Assembly: GCA_002010065.2 (NCBI GenBank)
Contig: MTMD02000008.1
Coordinates: forward strand, 128,001 to 192,000
Direction of reading: 5' to 3'
DNA: 64,000 nucleotides
Source: Candidatus Pyrohabitans jungbluthii
Lineage (GTDB): Archaea; Hydrothermarchaeota; Hydrothermarchaeia; Hydrothermarchaeales; BMS3B
Below, piece after piece: positions 1 through 7,720 of this stretch. Made by a program: the position numbers and the translations under genes. The notes under the pieces were generated by a model. It had not been told where the DNA came from and did no database searches. It worked only from the letters and a program-made list of their open reading frames with translations. Numbering within the stretch: the first letter of the stretch is position 1; every line of letters begins with the position of its first letter.

Positions 1-110
1 TACTACCCGATAAATAGATAAGCTTCTCCCTCTTTTTGGTTTTTGTCTCGTTTTTGGAATATGCTATGGTATTTGTTCTGCTGGCAATATACTCTTTTAA
101 CAGCCAGCAG

Positions 111-178
111 GGGTTCGGGATAGTCAAGAAAAGTGGCTTTTGACTTCTGTTTTTGGTTTCATTGTTGCAGAAAAATGA
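111..178 (+). pseudogene. Frameshifted C-terminal remnant of a class I SAM methyltransferase
   Basis: Reads GFGIVK/WLLTSVFGFIVAEK* versus GFRVVKEEWLLTSVFRFIIAEK* at the end of 59743..60360; one-base deletion and no upstream body. Confidence 0.75.
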
Positions 179-194
179 GTAAATTATCCAGGAA

Positions 195-225
195 TTTGAC
201 AGTTTGTAAAGCATAAAATATATGT
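195..225 (+). promoter_or_regulatory. Imperfect palindrome TTGACA-N3-TGTAAA followed by TATA-like AAAATATATG
   Basis: The 19-nt palindrome block is identical in both repeat copies; located upstream of the rhodanese and copB genes. Confidence 0.55.
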
Positions 226-289
226 GTCATGCCAAAAAAGAAAATAACAGGACGATTGAATGAAAATTGTGAAGCTCTGAGGTGAAGGT

Positions 290-634
290 ATGCTTGAAAC
301 AATTACTGATGGAAAAATAGAAGAGATAACAGTTGAAGAGGCGATAAATATGATCAAGAGTGGGGATGCTGTGCTGCTTGACGTCCGCACCCCCGAGGAA
401 TACTACGCCGAACATGTGGAAAGAGCGAAATGGATCCCCCTGGACGAACTTCCCGAAAGGCTGGAGGAGCTGGACAGGGAGAAAGCAATCCTTGCTTGCT
501 TCTGCAGGAGCGGATATCGGAGCTCCCATGCCTGCCACATACTTCAGAAGAATGGGTTTAAGAAACTCTACAATGTCCGCGGGGGTATTATCGCATGGAA
601 GGAGGCGGGATTTAAGACCGTATCCGGGCCATAG
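290..634 (+). CDS. Single-domain rhodanese (sulfurtransferase)
   Basis: LLDVRTPEEY, active-site loop CRSGYRS, GGIIAW; RBS GAGGTGA. Confidence 0.9.
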   Translation: MLETITDGKIEEITVEEAINMIKSGDAVLLDVRTPEEYYAEHVERAKWIPLDELPERLEELDREKAILACFCRSGYRSSHACHILQKNGFKKLYNVRGGIIAWKEAGFKTVSGP

Positions 635-880
635 GGGTTCTAGATTTATTATCCTGTAACGCAGTAAGTATTTAGAGTTTAGAAAGAGGTATTTTGCAGT
701 CACGCTTGCGCTGATACTTGCTGTGAAATTTATTCGGATAGTGTATTCTCTGGCCACCGATTCGTCTTCATAACATTTTCGCGTTGCAAAGAGTAAGGAA
801 TAAATATTAAACCGCCAATAATGTGTAAGTAAAGTCCGTTTTATTGATGTGAGGAGGTGTATGGGCGGATGAGGGATAAA

Positions 881-2941
881 ATGGAACAGCAGCATAGTGA
901 ACACAATCAGCATAGCCAGCACGCTCAGCATACCCACGAGCATCACATAGAGGAGTTCAAGAAGAAATTCTGGGTCTGCCTTATACTCACTGTTCCTATC
1001 CTGCTTCTCTCTGAAATGATTCAGATGTGGTTTGGTTTTCGCATAGAAATACCATACCAGAAGGTGATTTTATTCATCTTGTCGTCAGCGGTTTATTTCT
1101 ATGGTGGCTCGCCATTCCTGAAGGGAAGTATTAAAGAGATAAAAGCAAGGCAGCCGGGGATGATGACCCTCATAAGCACCGCCATCTCCGTTGCCTTCTT
1201 CTACTCCTCTGCAACCGTCTTTTTTATAGCCGGAAAGGACTTCTTCTGGGAGTTAGCGACGCTTATAGATGTCATGCTTTTCGGGCACTGGATAGAGGCA
1301 AAGAGCATCCTCGGTGCCTCGAGAGCGCTAGAAGAGCTTGTTAAGATAATGCCCACTGTGGCTCACCTTGTGAAGGGCAGTGCCATTGAAGACGTGCCAG
1401 TCTCACAGCTCAAGGCTGGCGATGTTGTGCTGGTTCGCCCCGGTGAGAAGATTCCTGCAGACGGTGTTGTGGTTGAGGGCGAGTCCTATGTGAATGAAGC
1501 CCTGCTTACGGGGGAGTCCAAACCGGTGCACAAAAAGCCTGGGGAGAAGGTAATAGGAGGGGCGATAAACACAGAGGGTGCGCTGAAGGTAAAGATAGAG
1601 CGAACAGGCGAGGAGACCTACCTGGCACAGGTTATAGCGCTGGTGAAACAGGCACAGGAAAGCAGGTCGCGTACGCAAGACCTGGCAAACAGAGCCGCAG
1701 CTTTCCTGTTTTATGTCGCTCTCACTGTGGGAATAGTAACCTACGCGGTATGGTATCTTCTGGGGATGCCCGAATTTGCTCTTGAAAGGGCGGTTACTGT
1801 GCTGGTTATCGCATGTCCTCATGCCCTCGGTCTGGCGATACCCCTGGTGGTTGCCATCTCAACCTCGATAACCGCAAAGAGCGGCATTCTTATTAGAGAT
1901 AGGCGTGCCTTTGAAGCGGCGAAGGATCTCAATGCAGTGGTTTTCGACAAGACGGGCACGCTAACAGAAGGTAAATTCGGCGTCAGCGACGTTATTGCGC
2001 TTATTCCCGAAGATGAGCTTTTAAAACTCACAGCCAGCGTTGAGCGCAACTCTGAGCACATAATAGCAAAGGCAATAGTGGAGTATGCGGAGCACAATGG
2101 CGTAGATATACCCGAGCCAGAGGAATTCAAGGCTATACCTGGGAAAGGCGCCTACGGGAAGGTGGCAGGAAAAGAGGTGTACGTGGCGAGCCCCAACCTG
2201 CTGAAGGAGATGAAGATTGAAGTTAATGACGAGAGAATAAAGGAACTTCAGGAGCAGGGCAAAACTGTCGTCTTTACCCTAGTTGATGGGAAGCTTGCCG
2301 GCGCTTTTGCCCTCGCGGACAGGATAAGGGAAGAGTCTTACGAAGCGGTTAAAAAGCTGAAGGAGCTTGGGGTTAAGGTTTACATGCTTACCGGCGATGC
2401 CGAAGAAGTAGCCAGGTGGGTTTCGAGGGAGCTTGGTATAGACGACTACTTCGCCCAGGTTCTGCCCCACGAGAAGGCTGAGAAAATTAAGCTTCTGAAG
2501 GAGAAGGGGTACCGCGTAGCCATGGTTGGCGACGGCATAAACGATGCCCCTGCCCTGGTTACGGCAGACGTTGGCATCGCCATAGGCGCGGGCACCGATG
2601 TTGCCATTGAGAGTGCGGACATCATCCTCGTGAGGAATGACCCCAGGGATGTGCCAAAGGTTATAGACCTTTCAGGAAAGACCTATGGGAAAATGGTCCA
2701 GAATCTGTGGTGGGCCGCAGGCTACAACATCTTCGCCATACCTCTCGCCGCCGGCGTTCTGTACAGCTATGGCATAGTTGTTAGCCCAGCAATTGGTGCT
2801 CTGCTAATGTCCCTGAGCACAGTGATAGTGGCGATGAACAGCCAGACATTGAGGAAGTACGAGCCGAAAGGAGTAGAGTTTGAGGAGAAGGTGCCTGAGG
2901 TGGAGCATGAGGAGCACAAAGAGCACATGCACCACCACTGA
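881..2941 (+). CDS. copB: Copper-translocating P1B-type ATPase (CPH, CopB-like)
   Basis: His-rich N- and C-termini, TGES, CPHALGL, DKTGT, GDGINDAPAL, YN and MSLST motifs. Start uncertain between 857 and 881. Confidence 0.92.
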   Translation: MEQQHSEHNQHSQHAQHTHEHHIEEFKKKFWVCLILTVPILLLSEMIQMWFGFRIEIPYQKVILFILSSAVYFYGGSPFLKGSIKEIKARQPGMMTLISTAISVAFFYSSATVFFIAGKDFFWELATLIDVMLFGHWIEAKSILGASRALEELVKIMPTVAHLVKGSAIEDVPVSQLKAGDVVLVRPGEKIPADGVVVEGESYVNEALLTGESKPVHKKPGEKVIGGAINTEGALKVKIERTGEETYLAQVIALVKQAQESRSRTQDLANRAAAFLFYVALTVGIVTYAVWYLLGMPEFALERAVTVLVIACPHALGLAIPLVVAISTSITAKSGILIRDRRAFEAAKDLNAVVFDKTGTLTEGKFGVSDVIALIPEDELLKLTASVERNSEHIIAKAIVEYAEHNGVDIPEPEEFKAIPGKGAYGKVAGKEVYVASPNLLKEMKIEVNDERIKELQEQGKTVVFTLVDGKLAGAFALADRIREESYEAVKKLKELGVKVYMLTGDAEEVARWVSRELGIDDYFAQVLPHEKAEKIKLLKEKGYRVAMVGDGINDAPALVTADVGIAIGAGTDVAIESADIILVRNDPRDVPKVIDLSGKTYGKMVQNLWWAAGYNIFAIPLAAGVLYSYGIVVSPAIGALLMSLSTVIVAMNSQTLRKYEPKGVEFEEKVPEVEHEEHKEHMHHH

Positions 2942-2998
2942 CCTAACTCTTAGCACTTTTCGACATCTTTATAAGCCTCCGATACCTACACTTTTACA

Positions 2999-4030
2999 AT
3001 GGGAGTTCAACTTGGCGACCTGGTGGCGGCGAGGGAGATAAGTTTTGATGAGCTCGCGGGCAAGCGCATAGCCATAGATGCCTTCAACACCCTCTACCAG
3101 TTCCTATCAATCATCCGCCAGCCAACCGGCGAACCCCTGCGCGACTCTCAGGGCAGGGTGACAAGCCACCTCTCAGGCATACTCTACCGTAACGCGAATC
3201 TTATTGAGTTTGGCGTTTTGCCCGTGTACGTGTTTGACGGCGAGCCGCCCAAGCTGAAATCCAAGGTAATTAAAGAGAGAAACCAGCTGAGAGAGCAGGC
3301 TAAACGGGAATGGGAGCGCGCGCTGAAGGAGGAGCGCTACGAAGAGGCGTGGAGTAAGGCTGTGCAGTCTGCGAAGCTCACCGATGCAATGCTCAGCGAT
3401 GCCAAACGCTTGCTCACGCTGCTCGGCATACCATACGTTGAGGCTCCCGCTGAGGGCGAGGCTCAGGCTGCGTACATGGCAAAGCGCGGCGATGTTTTTG
3501 CCGCAGGCAGCCAGGACTACGACTCCCTGCTCTTTGGTTCGCCCCGCCTTGTACGCAACCTCACCATCTCTGGCAAGCGGAAGCTTCCGAGAAAGAAAGC
3601 GTACGTTGATGTGAAGCCTGAGATTATAACCTTGGACGAGGTGCTTCGCAGCCTTGGTGTGAGCCGGGAGCAGTTAATAGACATCGCAATACTCATAGGC
3701 ACAGATTACAACCCCGGTGGAGTCGAAGGCATAGGCCCCAAGAAGGCGTATGCGCTTATTAAAGAGCACGGTAGCGCTGAGCGTGCCCTAGAGGCGAAGG
3801 GGATAGAGGTAGACTTCGACGTGACTGAGATAAGAGAACTTTTCCTAAACCACAAAACCACTGACGATTATAAGCTAGAGTGGCACCCACCTGATAAAGA
3901 GGGTGTGGTCGCCTTTTTATGCGGGGAGAGGGACTTCTCCCGTGAGCGCGTAGAAAAGGCGCTGGAAAAGATGGAGAAGGCTTTAAAGGTCACCCGAGCG
4001 CAGCGCAGCCTGGATTCGTGGTTTAAATAA
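2999..4030 (+). CDS. fen: Flap endonuclease 1
   Basis: IAIDAFNTLYQF, EGEAQAAY, SQDYD, GTDYN and C-terminal PIP box QRSLDSWF. Confidence 0.97.
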   Translation: MGVQLGDLVAAREISFDELAGKRIAIDAFNTLYQFLSIIRQPTGEPLRDSQGRVTSHLSGILYRNANLIEFGVLPVYVFDGEPPKLKSKVIKERNQLREQAKREWERALKEERYEEAWSKAVQSAKLTDAMLSDAKRLLTLLGIPYVEAPAEGEAQAAYMAKRGDVFAAGSQDYDSLLFGSPRLVRNLTISGKRKLPRKKAYVDVKPEIITLDEVLRSLGVSREQLIDIAILIGTDYNPGGVEGIGPKKAYALIKEHGSAERALEAKGIEVDFDVTEIRELFLNHKTTDDYKLEWHPPDKEGVVAFLCGERDFSRERVEKALEKMEKALKVTRAQRSLDSWFK

Positions 4031-4403
4031 GTTCATGAACGCACAGTACACCTGTGACCTTTCCTCCCTTGCCCCATACAAGCAGGTGTCGCACGCCACT
4101 TATCGCCATGACCTTCATCGCATTTTCCAGTTCGTCGTCTTCATTAATCTGCAGACAGGGGTTTCTTCCCATTACTTCGCAAGGAGTCATCATCTGGTAC
4201 GCTTTTACTTTTGATGTGTCGTTGCCGGAGGCGCGCCATGCGATAATGTCGCTGTCGGTAATTAAGCCAACTATCTCCCCCTTTTCCTTTATAACAACTA
4301 TATCCGAGCGGTTCTTTTTCATTGTCTCAACAACTTCCTCAAAACTCGCTTCGGGGCTCACCTCTGGCAAATCTGTGCGCATATTATCTTTAACCGTTGC
4401 TAT
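4023..4403 (-). CDS. CBS-pair domain protein
   Basis: IVGLITDSDI and VRHLLV...VTGVL. First ATG is at 4382, but an in-frame ATA at 4403 follows the RBS. Confidence 0.85.
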   Translation of the reverse strand: MATVKDNMRTDLPEVSPEASFEEVVETMKKNRSDIVVIKEKGEIVGLITDSDIIAWRASGNDTSKVKAYQMMTPCEVMGRNPCLQINEDDELENAMKVMAISGVRHLLVWGKGGKVTGVLCVHELI

Positions 4404-4404
4404 T

Positions 4405-4776
4405 TTAATACCCCCTCCTGCCTATTTCACCCCTCAAGCTTCGGAAATCTCTGAATGGTAGCACCCTTCCGGCGCTCATCCCCAGCTTTCTCCAGTGGAC
4501 TATATGGTTTATCTCAGACTTAAGCCAGATAAGGCGTTCCTTCTCGCTTTTCCTGTCCAGCTTCCCCTCCTCCTTCTCTGTATAGAAGTCTTCAAAGGCT
4601 TTCAGATACTCCTTAAGCTCATTATCGTCGGGGTACTTATTCGTCAACTTCTCAAGCTCCTCCTTCACCCCTTTTATGGCTTCGTCGTACCCCTCCTCCT
4701 CATCGATAAACATACCAAAGGCTTCGTCGAGCTTGTTTGCAATCTCCTCCAAAGTGTATGCACTTGCCTTTACCAT
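4405..4776 (-). CDS. Hypothetical acidic helical protein (~123 aa)
   Basis: ATG after AGGTGGGA RBS (MVKASAYTL...). The longer track ORF is a shadow extension over 4880..5392. Confidence 0.7.
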   Translation of the reverse strand: MVKASAYTLEEIANKLDEAFGMFIDEEEGYDEAIKGVKEELEKLTNKYPDDNELKEYLKAFEDFYTEKEEGKLDRKSEKERLIWLKSEINHIVHWRKLGMSAGRVLPFRDFRSLRGEIGRRGY

Positions 4777-4879
4777 TTTCCCACCTGTGTAACTCTTGGC
4801 ATGATGGCTTATTAATATTTCTATGACAGTTATAAAAAAATTAAAAGACGGTAGAAAGATTGTTGAATATTGAAGGGTA

Positions 4880-5392
4880 ATGAAGTGCAAGGGTTGCGGC
4901 GCGGAGTTAAAAGACGACTGGGCTTTTTGCCCACATTGTGGAAGCAAAAACGCGCCCTCCCAACTGCGACACTTAGACGATGCCTTAAATGTTTTTGAAC
5001 AGAGCATCAAGAACATATTCAGCGATGTTGCAAACTTCCCCTTTGGCAAGGGATTTATTGTGGAGATATCCCGGGGTGAGGGTGAACCAAAGGTTTCCAT
5101 AAAGGATTTTGACGACATTTCTGAGGTTTTTAAGAGCAGAAACAGGGTAAATCCACGCGATCCGGAGGTAGTTGAGCCAGAGGTAACGATTGAGCGCAAT
5201 GGGCGATTGATAAAAGTAAGCCTGCCAGGCGTTGAGAATAACGACGACATAGTTGTCAGAAAGCTTGAAAATTCCATAGAAGTACGAGCAAAAGCAGGCA
5301 AAAAGAAGTATTTTACTGTTATACCCGTGAAATATAAAAAGATAGCTGCGAAGATGTTCTCGCAGAATATGCTTGAAATAAAACTCAGATAA
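4880..5392 (+). CDS. Zinc-ribbon plus Hsp20/alpha-crystallin-like protein
   Basis: CKGC...FCPHCG at the N-terminus; EPEVTI...VSLPGV...IEVRA...NMLEIKL resembles the small heat-shock fold. Confidence 0.75.
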   Translation: MKCKGCGAELKDDWAFCPHCGSKNAPSQLRHLDDALNVFEQSIKNIFSDVANFPFGKGFIVEISRGEGEPKVSIKDFDDISEVFKSRNRVNPRDPEVVEPEVTIERNGRLIKVSLPGVENNDDIVVRKLENSIEVRAKAGKKKYFTVIPVKYKKIAAKMFSQNMLEIKLR

Positions 5393-5462
5393 CATCGCCA
5401 TTTCTGACCTGTATAAATTCTTTTACCATGTTATGGCTTCATATGCTCAGTGCTACACCTGT

Positions 5463-5555
5463 GGGGGCATGGTGTAGCGGCTATCATAGCGGGCTCCAGA
5501 CGACACCTAAGGCGGGAGATACCCGCCGACCTGGGTTCGAGTCCCAGTGCCCCCA
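5463..5555 (+). tRNA. tRNA-Trp(CCA) with 21-nt intron (5500..5520) at position 37/38
   Basis: Acceptor stem GGGGGCA/TGCCCCC, anticodon stem GCGGG/CCCGC, T-loop TTCGAGT; BHB motif with CTCC/GGAG helix and AGA and ATA bulges. Confidence 0.96.
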
Positions 5556-5566
5556 CTCTTCTTTCT

Positions 5567-6436
5567 CTAAAAGGCTTCAAAAGTATTATTTCCTCCCGAA
5601 CCAACAACACTGGAATTAACCACACTCGCCGTCAAAATCCTGTCCACTACCCCATTGCCGTCCTCGTCTACCTCTACCGCCGTGCCATTTACCCGTATGA
5701 ACTTGTCTATTATCCCATCGTTGTTTTCGTCCTTGAGAGTTATCATTACCCCCTCCAGAATGTAGGTTACACCTGTCAGGTTGCCAGCCTCATAGTGCTC
5801 CTGATATTCAGAGATTTCGCCAGCCAAAGGGATGTACCTTCTTAACTCCGGTATAGAAGTAATCTCGCTGCCCTTAATTTCAGGGGGTAAAAGGAATTTC
5901 TCCAGCTTTGCGTTGACATAGCTTGGGGTGAGGTTCCACCTCCAGGCTAGCGAATAATTGGAGGTTAACGTAGAGGTTTCATTCTTAGAAGGTGCTTCTG
6001 AAAAAGGAGTAATACGCTTTCTGAAAAGCTCTCCATCGCGCCATATTTCGACTATACCCGCTGCAAGGTCATAGATGCCAATCACATCCACAAAGGTGTC
6101 GCTGTCATTGATGTCTATAAACTCCGCCAGAAGCATTCCATCGCTGCTCTCAAATACCCCCCGGTAACCACCATCGTAAGTTTGAGAAATTCCTTTAAAT
6201 TCAGCAATGCGGGACCTGTCTCTTGTGGCTATAGATATATTCTCAAAGCCTGTGCCACTCATGGGTTCTTGGAATAAGATGTAGATATCTGCGGCGTTCC
6301 CATATGTATCGATGATAATATAGTCAAAGTCGGGTCTGCTTGTATTTTCCTCTGCAACCTCTGGTGTCTTAAACATATAAATCGCAGCGATTATAAAAAA
6401 AGCAGCCACTATGGCTATTGCAGGGCGCATTTTCAT
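5567..6436 (-). CDS. Secreted or membrane-anchored hypothetical protein with DxDxDG-like motifs
   Basis: Hydrophobic N-terminus; DENNDGIID and DEDGNGVVD near the C-terminus. Confidence 0.7.
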   Translation of the reverse strand: MKMRPAIAIVAAFFIIAAIYMFKTPEVAEENTSRPDFDYIIIDTYGNAADIYILFQEPMSGTGFENISIATRDRSRIAEFKGISQTYDGGYRGVFESSDGMLLAEFIDINDSDTFVDVIGIYDLAAGIVEIWRDGELFRKRITPFSEAPSKNETSTLTSNYSLAWRWNLTPSYVNAKLEKFLLPPEIKGSEITSIPELRRYIPLAGEISEYQEHYEAGNLTGVTYILEGVMITLKDENNDGIIDKFIRVNGTAVEVDEDGNGVVDRILTASVVNSSVVGSGGNNTFEAF

Positions 6437-6504
6437 GTGTCCTTCTTCAAGGCCAAAATTTAAATACTTTTTCTGCAAACACTACTACAGATGGGGGAAT
6501 AGAA

Positions 6505-6969
6505 ATAAAAGTGCTCATGTGTACCGATGGCTCGAGGTTTGCGGAAGAAGCGATAGAGCAGGCTGGCTACCTCCTGAAGCACATCAATCCCGAGGTTACT
6601 ATCCTCCGCGTTATACCCAATTTCGAGGAGGAGTACAGGGAGTACAACGAATACTTCGAGGTTTTCAGGGACGACATTCACAGGCTTAGAAAGCTTGGAA
6701 CACCTAAGGCTGTGACCAGGTCGCTTGAGGCAGGTGTGAAGATTCTGGAGAAGTATGGGATAAAGGCAAACACAAAGGTGCGCAAAGGCAGAGCCGCCGA
6801 CGAAATAATAAAAGAGATAGAAGAGGGCGACTATAACCTGGTTGTCCTCGCCTCCTACGGCAAGGGTATAAGCAAGTTCATGCTGGGCAGCGTCTCTCGA
6901 GAGGTGGTCCACCGCTCTGAGATACCTGTGCTTGTGATTAAAAGTAAAGAAGGCAGGACGATGTTTTAG
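6505..6969 (+). CDS. Universal stress protein
   Basis: KVLMCTDGS, GRAADEII, LVVLASYG, LGSVSREVVH...PVLVIK. Start is ATA 6505 or GTG 6511. Confidence 0.9.
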   Translation: MKVLMCTDGSRFAEEAIEQAGYLLKHINPEVTILRVIPNFEEEYREYNEYFEVFRDDIHRLRKLGTPKAVTRSLEAGVKILEKYGIKANTKVRKGRAADEIIKEIEEGDYNLVVLASYGKGISKFMLGSVSREVVHRSEIPVLVIKSKEGRTMF

Positions 6970-7371
6970 GTGATGGCGATGAAGGAGCTTGCGCAGCTAA
7001 AAGCTGAAGACATTATGCTTCCTGCCGAGAAGGTGATAACAGTTTCGCCGGAAGATAAGGTTGCACTGGCAGACCTCATAATGACGCGCTCAAGCGTGGG
7101 CAGTCTGCCCGTGGTCGAAGGTGAGAAGATACTGGGCATACTCACGCAGCGCGATATAATGCTTGCGAAAACCTTTCAAGTAGGCGGCCTACCTGTGCGC
7201 GACCTCATGACCAAGCGTTTGATAGTTGTTAGCAGAGATGCGCCCCTCAAAGAGGTTCTCCGCCTGATGATAGAAAACAAAATAGAGCGCCTGCCTGTGG
7301 TAGAAGATGGAAAATTCCTCGGGCTTATTGTCCATGGAAGAATACTCAAGGAGCTTTACCGCCGCCTTTAA
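6970..7371 (+). CDS. CBS-pair domain protein
   Basis: LPVVEG...GILTQRDI and IERLPVVEDGKFLGLI. Confidence 0.9.
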   Translation: MMAMKELAQLKAEDIMLPAEKVITVSPEDKVALADLIMTRSSVGSLPVVEGEKILGILTQRDIMLAKTFQVGGLPVRDLMTKRLIVVSRDAPLKEVLRLMIENKIERLPVVEDGKFLGLIVHGRILKELYRRL

Positions 7372-7640
7372 GGCGCTGCTCTTGCGGTATAAACTATGTT
7401 CTTTAAGATTACTATGTCCCCCACAGCCTTTACCGCCATATAGGGCACATTTACCCCTTTAGCTTTATCTACTCCCACCCTCTTCCAGAAGCTCTCCTCC
7501 ACATTGCTCACAAGTATGCCGAGCACCTTGCCTGTCTCCGGGTCGATAACTACATCTTCAACAGTCCCCACATGTGCCCCATCTTCGGTGAAAACTTCCT
7601 TACCAGTGATTTCACTCAACCTCGAAACCAAGGGAACCAC
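7368..7640 (-). CDS. PRC-barrel domain protein
   Basis: GKEVFTEDG.HVGTVEDVVID..TGKV and VKAVGDIVIL. Confidence 0.88.
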   Translation of the reverse strand: MVPLVSRLSEITGKEVFTEDGAHVGTVEDVVIDPETGKVLGILVSNVEESFWKRVGVDKAKGVNVPYMAVKAVGDIVILKNIVYTARAAP

Positions 7641-7720
7641 CTCATCAACATGTAAATGGTAGATATGAGACGATGCATATATAAAGCTAATGATGTGTAG
7701 TTTAATAAAAAGTTTGGGGC

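Larger units (their letters stand above)
111..292 (+). repeat. Degenerate inverted copy of 59561..59811 (methyltransferase 3' remnant, promoter, truncated micro-ORF, RBS)
   Basis: Manual alignment of 111..228 to the reverse complement of 59693..59811 gives about 21 differences in about 119 nt. The block TTTGACAGTTTGTAAAGCA is identical. ATGA(A/G)AATTGTGAAG and TGAGGTGAAGGTATG are also shared. Confidence 0.9.

Noticed and set aside
227-946. 239-aa minus-strand ORF and the many other antisense ORFs in the track
   Set aside because: They are shadows of well-supported genes on the opposite strand and have no recognisable motifs.
4777-5301. N-terminal extension of the 298-aa ORF (likewise the extensions of hisG, mtaD, cofH and fni)
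   Set aside because: The extensions overlap other real genes; internal starts with an RBS match the family N-termini.
6967-6972. In-frame TAG between the USP and CBS genes as possible pyrrolysine or read-through fusion
   Set aside because: Both domains are complete, AGGTGA spanning the stop is an RBS for the next ATG, and no pyl genes are in the window.
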